Assembly: GCA_002633005.1 (NCBI GenBank)
Contig: NMRA01000134.1
Coordinates: 834,364 to 898,363 of the forward strand
DNA length: 64,000 nucleotides
Direction: 5' to 3'
Source of the DNA: Phoronis australis
Lineage: Eukaryota > Animalia > Phoronida
Shown here one piece after another: positions 11,681 to 24,406 of the stretch. Both the position numbers and the translations under genes were made by a program. The notes under the pieces are model-generated. The model was given only the letters and a program-made list of their open reading frames with translations, ran no database searches and was not told where the DNA came from. Positions within the stretch are counted from its first letter, which is position 1; every line of letters begins with the position of its first letter.

Positions 11681-12862
11681 TGGTCGTTCCCCCGTCCATC
11701 GTCTCATCTGCAATCTTCAAGCCCTTAGAAATATCCGTTTCCTTTTGTTCTAATTTGAATTAGAGCCCGGGAAATTTTATCAAGCCGTAGATGCAACAGC
11801 CGTTTGTGCCGCTTTCGACGGCCTGATTACGAAATTTAGGAATTGTCCAGGCGACTATAATTTTTTTTTCAAAATCTTGACAGAAACTTTAAAAGGGTAG
11901 ATAGCGATGATGCGGAGTCAAGTCATGGCATGGCGAGCACCAGTGTGTTAATAGCGTTACAGTTGGTAAGTGAGCAAAACACACGAACCATTGCCCGGGA
12001 TGTTCAGGAAAATAATGACAACGACCCCAATTGGTGGATGGTTTTCAGGGGAAAAAATTTATTCGCAGGAAATACATTTTTTAGCAGAATTTTTTTTCTT
12101 AATATTTGGAAAATTCAATGTCACCATTGGAACTTCGAATACCCTGCTGCGCATCCCCCCACCCCTTGACCCCAGGTCGTATGCAAAAGTATTCCCATTC
12201 AATTGCCCCAGCCAATGAAGACGCTCAACAGTTTCCAAAGCAAACGATCCAATGGCTAGATTGTGACGTAATTTTCAGTGGGCACATACATTAAAAATGG
12301 CGTAACCTGAACAATTCTCGAAAATACAGAATTGTAGGCTTATAGGCCTATTTCGAACGGACTACACAAATTGATCCATTTCATGGTCGAAAGCACACAT
12401 ATTTATCGTTTGCTTCATTGGGCATAGCAACTACCGAAGGTAAAGTTCTGAATTGCGAAAACTTAGGCAGAACTTTGTTGCAGGAATATTGTGCCTATTC
12501 CCAGCTCTCTATAAATAACTATTAATAGGCATGTTGTTACTTGTCTGTGCCCTATTGTCAGGTACTTGCTACTGTGAGATACGTGGACTCCGTCCTGCTA
12601 CACCGGCAAAAGTCTTGTACTGTGTTGCTTCTTCCGGTGGCTATTTTGTCCGGCAAAGTATTATAGACAATACATTGAACTCCTACATGTAGCACTGAAC
12701 AAACATAATTCGAATCACATACTAATGCAATGGACTCGTTTGAACATAAATCAGCGCTTTTCGCTACTCTTCTATACATATCACCTAACAATCAAGGTTT
12801 CTTTTTTACCACAAAATGAAATTATTGAGTTATTGTATTCTAAATGTGTGTCATTTTTACAG

Positions 12863-12889
12863 CGAGAAAAAAGTTTAACAAAGAAATGA
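12863..12889 (+). CDS. PDE9A: PDE9 probable terminal coding exon REKSLTKK-stop
   Basis: catttttacag acceptor, in frame with the previous phase-0 donor, TGA at 12887-12889; SLT resembles PDE9A KTDSLTS. Confidence 0.75.
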   Translation, partial: REKSLTKK

Positions 12890-14759
12890 GTGTCTGACAA
12901 GAACAGTACACACAAGAGGTCCTGACTGAAATAGCAGCCTTCTAGATGTCATCAAAACACAGAATGCTGCTCTGCGGGAAAGGCTTGTTAGGTCTTCGTA
13001 CAATTTCATTGAACTCACTTCATAATTTTTACCATACACGTGACGAATGGTTATAATTAAACATGGTGTTGTACAAATGTAAAGACCCATACACAGAACT
13101 TACATAAGGTAAACGGAATACATACTGTAATTAACTGTGCGGTCATGTCTTTTAGAAACATTTAGCGTTTTGGGGCTAAATGGTCTTAGTGATGTAGTGA
13201 CCTATATTCTTTTGATAGAAATGTTCGAGACGAAATCTCAAAATAGCCGTTTCAGTCTTCGAATTTATTTTTACATTTCTTTTATGCATCTTGAGTGATC
13301 TTAGTAAAATTCTGATTTGATTGCACCTGATTTACATTTAAAAAAATAAAAAATACGTCTTAGCAGCATTTTAGAAAAGAGTGCATAAATCATCTTTCTG
13401 AGTAAAGTGCCTGGAAGTTTCATTTGAATCCGCTATGATATTTCTGAAAGGTGATGTGCCAAACGGTTGTAACCGTATATGATGAGAATTTTCACACATC
13501 GTTGACAATCAGATCTCGTTGGACGACATCTATCGTGCATGGTTAGGAATTGTTGTTTCCCGTCGTGTTGCATATAGTTGATTTAACGAGGTGTCAGGGA
13601 AGTCTCGGAGTACATTTTAGTCGGACAACATTTCTGTGAAAGCTTTAGTTTTTATGTTTACTCTGACGCATAAAAGATATTATATTTCAATTGCAACCTC
13701 ACTAATCTTATAACAGTGTAACTCTTGTTATGCAAAAATAATGTACTAAGTTCTTGAAAGAAGAAATACTCTTTCTATAATATGGGTGTAAACTTGCTGT
13801 ATAGGCTTAGACCATCAGGAACAAAATGAGATTCTGCGGATTTTACATCTGTTCTGTAACCAGATCACATTGTACCAGTGTGAGACATGCATTAGGGAAA
13901 ATTTGTTCTGTGAGGGAACACTCAGACCAGTGTTACTATTGTAATACATGTATACATTGGTGCATTCCGTAGACTCAAGGCACTCGCAAAGCAGTTCACT
14001 GGTGTAATTTTGCGTGATGTTACCTTTTTCGCTAGTTTCTCGCGTCTGCGGAACTCCCTGGTTTACATAAACGACTTTCTGACAGTTTTAATTCCTGAGA
14101 AAATGTGTTACGATGCGGGCATTCTCAGTCACTGTTGAATTGTGGCCTATCCTACACTGTATGGAATATGAGTATTCTGACATGCTACAGGTATACGTTG
14201 TAATGTTTTAATATGGTATGTTCAAAAATATTAATTTAATATTTTTACTGCTGTTGATCGATTTACGGATACTCTGTTTCGTCAAAGCTGAGAACGTAGA
14301 CATTTTCGTAGGCACGCCATTCATGTTTCATATTCTAGGTGTTGACTTTGACTTGACGTCATTCCAGTTTTTAGTCTGTGATACGTTGTGCGTCACTAGC
14401 ATATAAAAAGCAGTCATAAGTTTACATTGCGTCTCTTTGTGCGTATCAGTAGGTCCTACTGGTCGGCTAGTTAGTGTGCTTGAATGATTACGCCAACCGA
14501 CAGTTCGCACTTGATTTTAGCAACTACCTCATGTAAAAATTCGAAGTTTCGAGTTTTAAAACTCAAAATTACAAACTCACATAATGCTGGGGTCGTCATG
14601 TGCAAAATAGGATTACACAGACAATTATTCACGCATACCACAATACACTGGAGCTCAGAATAATAGACACTGTTTTGAGTCTATACAAAAGTAGAACGCA
14701 AAATGTGGACTTACGATGTCGAGTAAAACACTAGACCCCGGGTCCTGGACATATTTTTT

Positions 14760-14765
14760 AATAAA
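14760..14765 (+). promoter_or_regulatory. Candidate polyadenylation signal of PDE9 (another AATAAA at 13345-13350)
   Basis: AATAAA followed about 25 nt later by a GT-rich tract, downstream of the terminal exon. Confidence 0.4.
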
Positions 14766-15168
14766 ATACCATTGTCACAATGTCAGGTTTGTTTCAACTC
14801 ACTTGAACTACATGTGTGTTACAACAGTAAACTCTTTACATAGCCTCCTTATAAAGCGTGAACACTGCACCGCATGCGCATCTAAAAAACTTATTTGTCT
14901 GTATGGACCATGAACGTGTACTGCAATGTGTTGTAAAATACTTTATTTCAACTTAAAACGGGGACTCACTCTATGCGTATGACCATCCTGTTTGAATTTG
15001 ACTGTGTGTGACTGCGTGATTGCGGCACTGACAGTTACGAACTCACATTCGTAGATTTTCTGATGCACACTGGCGCAATTTTAAACACCTGATGGTAGAT
15101 TATCTGGGCCCTTTATACTGTAGTTATAGAAAGAAAATCCTCACTAGGGCCGTAAACACGAACAGCTA

Positions 15169-15317
15169 CAGGGGCGGATCCGAGATTTTTATAACAGGAG
15201 TCGGATCAAGGATTTAAAAAAAATAGAAGGTCTATTTCAACAATTTGAAAATTCTAGATTTGATATCACTAAAATCAAGGGATTAGGGGTCCGGACTTCC
15301 CCCTGGATCCGCCTATG
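15169..15317. mobile_element. MITE with CAGGGGCGGATCC..GGATCCGCCTATG termini
   Basis: Terminal inverted repeats; flanks AGCTA / AACTA (5-bp TSD with one mismatch). Confidence 0.75.
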
Positions 15318-15408
15318 AACTATGCAACATGATAAATCCTATTTCTTAAGGGGACATCATCGGAAGAAAAAGTGATACTTCTGAGATGAGCCTCAGCGCG
15401 GAATTGGA

Positions 15409-15829
15409 CCTGTACCCGGTTGCATGAAACAGTCCCAAATAGGGACTCAACTAAGTTCTCTAAACAAACTGCGTATTTTTGGACTTGTGAAAACATCGAT
15501 TGCCCTTTCTTGTATTGTTTTAGTTTCATTACCAAGTCAACTTTTGACATTGATACAAATCGAGAGTGAACTCTAAGTTTAATTGTCAATATTATCGAAA
15601 ATAATTAGGATCTTTTCATGCTACACCCCCAATTTAAGGACTGGGTCCCTATTTATTTTCAATGAACTCTGGGCTCAGTTTTTACATGTAGTTAAGAGGA
15701 GCTCATAATAAAGATGAAATTATAGAAAAATATTGCACCTGTGAGTCCATAAAGACACAAATGCGCAAAAAGACTTAGGAATGTTAGTTGAGTCCCTATC
15801 TGGGACTGTTTCATGCAACCGGCCACAGG
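15409..15829. mobile_element. MITE with about 50-bp terminal inverted repeats (possibly PIF/Harbinger-like)
   Basis: ccggttgcatgaaacagtcccaaatagggactcaactaa is mirrored by ttagttgagtccctatctgggactgtttcatgcaaccgg. Confidence 0.85.
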
Positions 15830-16346
15830 AGCCCCGGGGTCCCAGTCTAATGCTGAGCTGGCGGAGCTAAATTCCTCTCGATATGTGGCAGGGTATTTTA
15901 ACTCGCGATTTTAACTGGTAAGTCACCAGCCTTGATTACAGTGATTGTCTAGGGACACATCGGAGAAATTTGGTTATTTGTAAGAAAATCACAAAAACGC
16001 AAAGGATTTGGTTATTTTATAGTTCAAGCTAATAACTTCAAGAAGTCTATCCCATCAACAATGACGTCACAAAATGCGATTGTCCCACATCATCTGGAAT
16101 CCCCTTAATCTTTCTTGCGTTTTTGAAGATTTCTATAATTGCGTCTCATTATTCCTGTTTTGGGGATACCACTCGAGGAGAAAAAATGATGTCGTTTCTG
16201 ACACTTTCCCTGTTTTTCATTTACATTCGTTGATCTTAAGGGGCCGATCACGGAGGGGATTCCCGATAATCTAATCATTTACCATTGTTCTGTTTTTAAA
16301 CAGCCTTTCATAGTGAAAGGTCCCCTCTTGAAAGAGTTCTGGGCAA

Positions 16347-16422
16347 CAGGGGCGGATCCAGGATTTTGAGTTAGGGGCCAGGGGGGCCATGGCCCCTTGG
16401 CCCGCCTCCAAATCCGCCACTG
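16347..16422. mobile_element. 76-bp MITE, CAGGGGCGGATCC..AAATCCGCCACTG
   Basis: TIRs plus exact 5-bp TSD GGCAA; same family as 54970-55129 in the opposite orientation. Confidence 0.85.
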
Positions 16423-16599
16423 GGCAATGCCTGTTTTGCCATCTGATAAGGTTATGTAGTACCTTCAGCTCTGTGTATTCAACCAACTATCAAAAAACTA
16501 TACATTTTAGGTCAGTAAAAGTATGTATTTTCTGAACGTCACAAAAGGCCTGTAGAATTTGGCTTTTTTCGAACCGGTTAAGAATTGGGTCACGTTTCC

Positions 16600-16830
16600 A
16601 TGTTGTTCTAATGAAATGTAGCAAAAAACAAAAGTACATCGATGGTAAAACAACCATATCAGTCACATGACCAAATTTTATTGATATAAATGTCAATGGT
16701 GAGATCTCAGGACCACTGTTACAGTTTTCAAAAATATCACTTGGTTTTCGTTTTATGCAACTATAAAGTATTTTCATGAAAATCATAAAAGTTCCTTTTG
16801 ATAGCCCTCATGGGAAAACGAAACATTTTA
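16600..16830. repeat. Old dispersed repeat; inverted diverged copy at about 42760-42930
   Basis: Reverse complement aligns by eye (..tgtaacagtg..tatcaa..aaattt.gtcatgt.actgata). A related motif is shared among about 17660-17700, 27020-27060 and 42660-42715. Confidence 0.55.
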
Positions 16831-18340
16831 AGAGCAATTCCTAACTGCGTCTTGGAGAACTATGCAAAAAGCCCAGTATCTTAAAAGTTCGTTGCCAATA
16901 GTATTGTGTGTTGCAGCCAAATAGATGGTGCGCACGTGGTAGTGCATGCAACAACACGCGAATACTTTGATAAGTAAATACCTTTGTCATTAGTTTGCAG
17001 CGTTGTGAGTAACAAACAATAGATTACAACGAGTTGCGAAACTAACGGCTATTTGACTGAGACGACATCTCAATACTGGAGAAGGAACTACTATACAGTG
17101 CCACAAGTTACCAGTCGCTACCGCACCCACCAACGCCCCACGTCGGAGACACAGCAAAAACTAACCCTCTAGAACAATCACCAACTGTTTCAAATTAACT
17201 AATATAACAGGATGAGCGTCTATACCTCGAGGCGTGAGGACGAGGCTGGCCGTTTAAATCAATGAGCTATATACTTATATTTATCTCATTGGTTTAAATA
17301 ACGTGTGTAATCACGTCTCGTGATGAACTCTCTCGTGGCAAGTCAAAATGGTTCAGATGATTATGCTAAAGTGAACACTTCTTGTGTAACTACTATTGCG
17401 TAACTACAATTGTGATAGATCCTGGATATGGCGCTAATTCCACTGTCAATTGCGTAATAGGCCTACTACTATTGTGACAGATCCCAGAGAAGGGATTTGC
17501 GCTGATCCCACTGTCATGACAGACTATCAGTGCTATCCTTGAGTGCGACGGCACTCAATCCAATCTGTTACAAAGCTTAATTACAAATTGTATAATAAGT
17601 ATACAAAAATGACATGATTTTGCATGACATCATTATATTACACGTTTCATATTAATCCAATCAGCCATTTCCGAGATATGATGTTCCGAAGTTGGACAAA
17701 TTTGGACATTTTTAGGGTCCTATGTAACTTAACTCAGAAATTTACAATCCAGGCTTATGAAACCACGAAACATATCCATGCAAAACATCTCAGCATCAAT
17801 ACGAGTGCCCTAAACCGTCAAAAACCGAGACTCTAAATCCACAAACATTTCGTTTGGAGGCGGTAGGGATGAATTATTTATGAATATGGAGTTGTTCCTG
17901 CGACACTAACTGTGTAGACCAGACTTATGGATGAAAAATTTTTAGGTCCCTGTATGATTAGTAAAACGGCTTGTCTTTAAGTTGAAGGGACTTCAAAGAG
18001 TTCGAAGAACCGACAATCCTATACAATGATTTCTAAGTTTTTGAAGTACAAATTTATCCATTATCTTAAGTTTTGAAAAATTGTTCGATGAGTGTACCAA
18101 ACCCCAGTAACACCTGTCATCATGCTACGGGTTGATGACGTCCAGGTGTCACTGGCGACAAGCACCAGCAGTCATGTCTTCGGGATCGTATATTTTTAAG
18201 ATTTCAATAAAAGTTCTTCTAACCTAACCATCAGAAATCTCGAATTTGGCGCGGTGTATTTGTCAAAAATGTTATTTCTAGATTGCAGTTAGCGTGGTGA
18301 CGAATCAGTTGTTAACACTGGCGAATTAGTATGTTGAAGG

Positions 18341-18610
18341 CCAGGNGGGGGGGGGGGGGGGTGTCACCTCATGTTGACAAGGTGCCCCCCAGGCGTGTAT
18401 CAAAATTGCCGATAACCCCTATTGCGGGTGCCTGGTCTGCTAATTCCCACCCCTTTTGCGGGTAGATTTTTCTGACTCACCTCCAGGAAATGGAAATTTA
18501 GGGACTATTGGACCCCGCGCAGGTCCACAAAACTTGCTGAAAAAGTACCGCCTACCAGCAATTTGTGGTACAAGCCTGCAAGCACCTTGTCAATACGAGT
18601 GATCCCCCGG
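18341..18610. mobile_element. MITE with G-run terminus and TIRs
   Basis: ccagg(G)n..tcacctcatgttgacaaggtgc is mirrored by gcaccttgtcaatacgagtgatcccccgg. Confidence 0.75.
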
Positions 18611-18969
18611 TTTCAAGGCCAGGAGGTAGATACCAACCACTGTTTATGAGAAATAGTGTGGGAAAACCAAATTATTAATTAAAAAGGCAGACGTTGAATT
18701 TTGTTCAAACTATTAAATGAAAAATACGAATGGGCAAAAACAAACCAATAAAATATAGCAGCCTGCTCCTAAATGTCAAACAAGATAAATATATTTGAAA
18801 GAAAAGCAGTTTCAGAAATAGCATGGGCATAGATACTTCATACACCATTTTTAAATTTTACTTAAAAGTTGGCTACTTGTGCAAGCCTAAATTCTCCACA
18901 AGTGGAGTACTGTACCCCTCAGAGACTCTGTTCCATCCAGGGCAGAAAGTTAGATAGACAAATAACACA

Positions 18970-20339
18970 AGTAAAATAAAAGAAAATGTTTATTGAGACT
19001 ACATACAGTAAAGCAGACAAACAAAGGATGGAGGGGAATCATTTTAAAACCAGCATACACTCACAACACAACACAAAGACACTTTCTATTGAGTTTGTTC
19101 CAAAGGTTAGAATTGGATCTCCCCATTAACATTTGACCACAGACAACACAAGTGTCCAGTTCCCCAATGCAAGACACTGGTGAATGAAGGCTAACATGAT
19201 CACCTGCAATAAACAGTGATGTCTTGCGATGACACGTTTGATCTTGCTTTTCTCACAAAAATATGTACTATGGAACTCCGCTCAGGATTCGTTATATTGT
19301 TCCAGCATGACATATATATCACCCTCTAGCCAAAGCATCATACCTATATAACACATATTAAACGGAAAAAGTGGAATGCTTTCAGAAAATAAAAATATCG
19401 AACTTTGTTCCAAATTAATTATATATCATTATTACTATCAACATATACATAAATCGATACCCTTTCCATTGTAATGATAAGCACAGTTAGCTAGCTGAAC
19501 ACATACACCAAGTAACCACTGAACATGTATTATAATAACAAGTATTTAAACGTCCACAAAAATGTTCTGCACCTGTATAAATAAGCTAAACGCAGCCATG
19601 TCATTCCATAGTTTGCTAAATCACTGAATAAAAGAGACAAGTTGAGAAAGAATACAGAATACCAACAACATTTACTCAAAAGTGGTATATACACCAAGGA
19701 TATATGTAATGTGTAGTCTGTAATATTAAGTAATGGAGAACGCACAAATTTAGAACAAAGAGCTGGTTCGCGTAATCTCTGAGAATAACCTACCGCATCC
19801 TTATATAAAAAATGATAAATTTGACAAACTATCGCTGAATTATCTGTAGCAACAGCAGCAATGAATGAAATTTGTTTCACTAAATCATGATTTGTATCAT
19901 TTTAGACAGGCTCCAACATAAACAGTTGATAAGAGATGGTCAACATGACACAGAAGAACAATGGTAACCAACATAAGTTCAACAAGAGTATAAAACAGGA
20001 CACTGCTGCAAACCCAAAACACATCTGAAATCTATGTAAAATTCAACCGGTGCACAGAATGAAGAAAACAGAAAAAGACAAATTGAACTTTGTGCACCGA
20101 TCCACACTCAAACTAGTCTAGCAGCCATAATGAAAGAATCGTCATCATCCTAATAATCTCACAACACACACAGTATTCGTAGACAAGAGTAGAGTTCTGC
20201 TACAGCTCTCTGAGGGACGTCGTGTGGCAACTGCCTCCCGACATCACTCGTGAACAGGGTGTGGGTCATGAGATTGCCAACTGAGGGCAGTAGTGAGCTG
20301 TGTGGAGTATGGCACCAGTGCATATTATGTCTAGAACGT
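18970..20339 (-). other. Non-coding terminal (3'UTR) exon of the Ig gene
   Basis: Strong acceptor catttcatttctattgcag ending at 20340; minus-strand AATAAA at 18994-18989 followed by a T/GT-rich tract. The 3' end is approximate. Confidence 0.7.
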
Positions 20340-21493
20340 CTGCAATAGAAATGAAATGTGCAGTAACATGTTAAGACGAAATGAATGTTGAATTAGCTGA
20401 GCAATATTGGTTATTGTCTACTTAATATTCAGATCAACAGTATTTCAAAACACTTCAAACTGTATAGAATGTAGGACAGTTGTAAATTGCTTGAAGTAAC
20501 TTAGAAGTAAATTGCTTAAAATTGTAACAAAGTAGTAACACCAGCACAGAAATGCAAACAAGATGCACCCCATCAACCATCAAAAGCTCCGACTTTTCAC
20601 ATATGACTTTGTATCGACTTCGCATATCACAATCCAAGGGTTATATTTGAATTCTCCTAAGTTGAATGAAAGTTGGAGCAAAACTGGATGTGTTCTATGT
20701 CAACCAACAACACCGGTCATTCACTACTTGCACACTTGGTGGCGCTGCAAAAATGATAGTTGTGTAGGGCACAAGGCCTCATTTCATAATGTCAGTTTGC
20801 CTGTGAGGCAAACTTAGGGACTTCAGGGAGTATAAGCTGGTCAGATGTTATCAGTGATTTGAAAAGGCCTTTGTCTGGACTGGGCTGCAGGCAATAAACA
20901 TGGTAATTAGGTCTGACCAGTTGTGAACTACATACTTTCATTCACACTGGCCACATTTAGCATCAAGTTAACTATCTCTAACAAAACTTGATCGATTTTT
21001 GTGGGAGAAAATGGTCTTAACTCAATTTTTTACAAGAAATTCAAATATGGACTCTGTTTTTGTCCACAAAAAGGGCTAAAAATGATAACAAACGTCCTAA
21101 TTCTTCAGACACCTCTTATCCTACCACAATCAGATTAAATTGCAATAAAGAGTAATTGAGTGGAAAGACCTGCTGTTTCTGACCGTCCTGACTAGCCTGC
21201 CTGATACAGCTGGACAGTCGATCACGACAATATAACGTTATGTTAGCATCAATTTTAACAATGTAAACGTGAAAGTATGCGGGCTCCAAACATGCAGAAC
21301 CGTTGTAGCTCAGACATAATGCCTCGTTTTCAAGTATAATTGCGAATTCGTGAAAGTAGTGAATTCCACTCCAATATCAGTAAAACCTCACCAATTTCGG
21401 ACAAAAAATGATTGAGAAAATTACATTTTTTCATTTCTCAACGGTCTTCTAATATTGTTGTGAACGCCCAAAATATTGTCTGTTAGTTACTAT

Positions 21494-21600
21494 GGCAGTG
21501 TGTCCTGGTTGATAAGTGCCCGCTTTCTTCACTCGAGGTCATGGGTTCGAGTCCCACCAGGTCACACTGCTAAACCCTTGAGCCAGGTTTCTAGCTCCTC
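21494..21600 (+). mobile_element. tRNA-derived SINE head
   Basis: A-box-like TGTCCTGGTTGA, B-box GGTTCGAGTCC at 21544-21554, then a CCCTTGAG core-like segment. Confidence 0.65.
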
Positions 21601-21985
21601 ATCTCGGTTTTAACTATATATTAATAAAGCGTAAAAATATTTCCAGGTGATAAGTGCAATGGGCCCACATGCGGGGCCTGCGCACGTCTGGTACAATGTG
21701 TATCAGACTGTCTGCAATTATTTTTTTATACTATGGTACACAGTTTGGATATGGGAAAGCATCATTTTGTTTCTGTACCTCATTTATGAAAAAATGAGAG
21801 AATTTCACCAGTCTGCCATAGTGTGTCTTAAATTGGTGAGATTTTACCGTTGTCTATTACAAGTCTAATACCAAAAATCCAAGTGTGTAGACAGGGATAT
21901 GCAGTATCTCTCTTACAGCACACATTTGGTTGCAGAAGATGTTACCTCCCCTGCATCACATTATCTCTCCTGCACTTACCACATC

Positions 21986-22256
21986 TCATAATGTGTTAAG
22001 GAGTGCTGCAGTCAACATGGCAATGCTAGCTGCCAACACACGCCCTGAGTTCTTCCCACTATCGGGGTCAACAACAGGCGCAGGCTTTATAACTTTAATG
22101 GTGACCGACTTGCTGGCAGTGATGTACTTTCCATTGTTGTTCTGTTCAGCCTTGCATTCGTAGACACCGGCCTGGTTGAGTGCAACCTTGTTAATCATAT
22201 ATGTTTTACCAACACCCATGGCATTAGGGTTCTTGGCATTGTCAGTCTTCCTGAAC
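21986..22256 (-). CDS. Ig-superfamily gene, last coding exon: second half of Ig3 plus GPI-anchor signal
   Basis: cacag acceptor; FRKTDN..QAGVYECKA..VTIKV then PAPVVDPDSGKNSGRVLAASIAMLTAALLNTL-stop (small residues then hydrophobic tail, no cytoplasmic domain); GTG|gtaagt donor 6 nt after the stop. Confidence 0.93.
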
Positions 22257-22496
22257 CTGTGAGAAGGCAGAGAGACAATAATAATACCATACATTACATT
22301 GTTATAGAAGTGGGCCACTTTAAATTCATTAGGTGGCACAAATTCAAAAACGGTCCAATCTGTAGAAGCATGCCTTCAGGCATTGTCGGGCTGGTTTTAT
22401 GTCTTCAGATCTTCTACCTTCCGAAAATATCAAATTTTATCGAGTTAAAAAGTTTGTTTTTGTAGATATTTGGATATTAATTTGTTTCATACGTAC

Positions 22497-22641
22497 CACC
22501 ACTCAATAGTGGGTTCTGGGAAGACATCGATGTTGCAGGTCATTTCGACACGTTCACCCGCCTTGAAAGTCGTAGTCTGCTTCTGGGTGCCTCCTTGCTT
22601 CACAGTCACTATGATCTTATCTTCACTCAACTTTGTCACAG
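22497..22641 (-). CDS. Ig gene coding exon, first half of Ig3 (VTKLSEDK..GERVEMTCNIDVFPEPTIEW)
   Basis: ttgcag acceptor, TG|gtacgt donor, 145 nt, phase 1 to 2; Ig Cys and Trp motif. Confidence 0.93.
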
Positions 22642-24102
22642 CTGCAATCAACATAAACAGAGAACAGGTCAGTAACTGCCACCTGATAGCATCACGGAAT
22701 TTAGGTGACAACTCACGGAAGAAGCCGATTTCAACACAAATGTAACCCACCAATGAGTTCTAGTAGAAATAATTAAAGCTCATCCCGTACGGAAAATCAG
22801 TAAACAATCAGAATGCATATTTCTGTTGCGCAAAGAGATTTTCTCCTAATTTCCGAGGCTTGAGGGAAATAAAAAACTTTCAATATTACTATTTGTGTTT
22901 CAATCCAAATGAGCATATGGGGGTCCCAAGCACACCTCCACACGGTCAAGTCTGACCAGGACAACTGACAACAGTGCAAGCTAATGTCCAAGCTGACAGT
23001 AAAATATATCATATGTCATGGTTTGCCAAAAAGCCAAGTAGCCCAACACTTCCTGTTTAATGTGAAAAAGAAGAGAAGCTAAAGGAGAGACGAAAAGCTT
23101 GAGACACACTGAATGCATTTAAAGCAATATGAAAATCCATCTTAGCATTAGTTAGAGGATCATGAAGCAATTACAATTCTGCCACAGTTACTGCAAAGTA
23201 CGCCATTTTGTCTCCCAGAATGCTTATAGATCAATCTCGGTATTTGTCAAGACTTTAGAAACATTAGGAACTCTAAACAGTTAAGTTATCACCACTCATT
23301 AAAGAACATCATTGCATTTTGCTGATGTAAGCATTACAGGAAAACTGACTTGACACATATTCGTGATACTTGTCAATTTAACAGATAGCAAGAAGAGAGG
23401 GAGATGGGGCGGGAGAGAGAATGAAGACACAGTTATATCTGAAGGCCTGAACATGTAGCTTTAGAAGTATTCTTGTATTGGACTTATTGTTTTGAAATTT
23501 GCAAGGATGCTCTTTCTTGTTAGGAGACACGATTATTGGTAATTAACTTAAAAACATTAAACTGAGAGTTAGAATCAACATTAAGGGCGTAGCTACCTTT
23601 CGTGCAGATGTGCACAGAGAACAACTAGCAAAGAATTTGCTGCACTGACTAGGAAATTTCTCTTTGGTTTCTTCAAAATTCTTTCGCACAAATACAGTCA
23701 AATCAACCAATCAATTAATTGTGCTCAATCAAATGCGCTTGAAGATAATTTAGTCAGGAAGTGTATGTAGAACGGTCCCTAACAGGGGGCACCACAAGTG
23801 CAAACTGTTGATAAGTCTATAGCTACACCCCTAAACTAAACACACGGCTACCCACATGCACAGTAATTAGTAAGTCAAAACTTTTGTTAGCCATGCAAAA
23901 GTGACAACTAAAAAGTACCTGAAATGCAATAGCGAACAATTCGGTATGATTTTGAAATGACAGTATTGTTAAAATTGCACGCAACTGAAATAAACCAACT
24001 AAGTTGAGGTTGTCATTCGAGTCTCCCAAGCCCACATTTAGTTTGAGAATGATTGAGTGTCAATCAAGCAACTGCATTATAAACCCAGGTGCAGTAAAGC
24101 TG

Positions 24103-24406
24103 GACCAAGTGCTTGTATTACAGCGTGAGACTAAGTACTTGTATTACAGCGTGAGACCAAGGGCTTGTATTACAGCGTGAGACCAAGGGCTTGTATTACA
24201 GCGCGAGACTAAGTGCTTGTATTACAGCGCGAGACCAAGTGCTTGTATTACAGCGCGAGATCAAGTGCTTGTATTACTGCGCGAGACCAATGCTTGTAAT
24301 ACAGCGAGAGACCAAGTGCTTGTATTACAGCACGAGATCAAGTGCTTGTATTACTGTGTGAGACAAAATGCTTGTAATACAGCGCGAGACCAATGCTTGT
24401 ATTACA
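24103..24406. repeat. Minisatellite, 26-bp unit GACCAAGTGCTTGTATTACAGCGYGA, about 12 copies
   Basis: Direct tandem copies with few substitutions or 1-nt deletions. Confidence 0.95.

Noticed and set aside
21494-21560. tRNA gene
   Set aside because: Has A/B boxes but no proper acceptor or anticodon stems, and continues into SINE-like sequence.
24103-24406. CRISPR-like appearance of 23-29 bp repeats (also 27712-27807 and 45187-45296)
   Set aside because: Units are contiguous with no unique spacers, there are no cas genes, and the context is eukaryotic introns.
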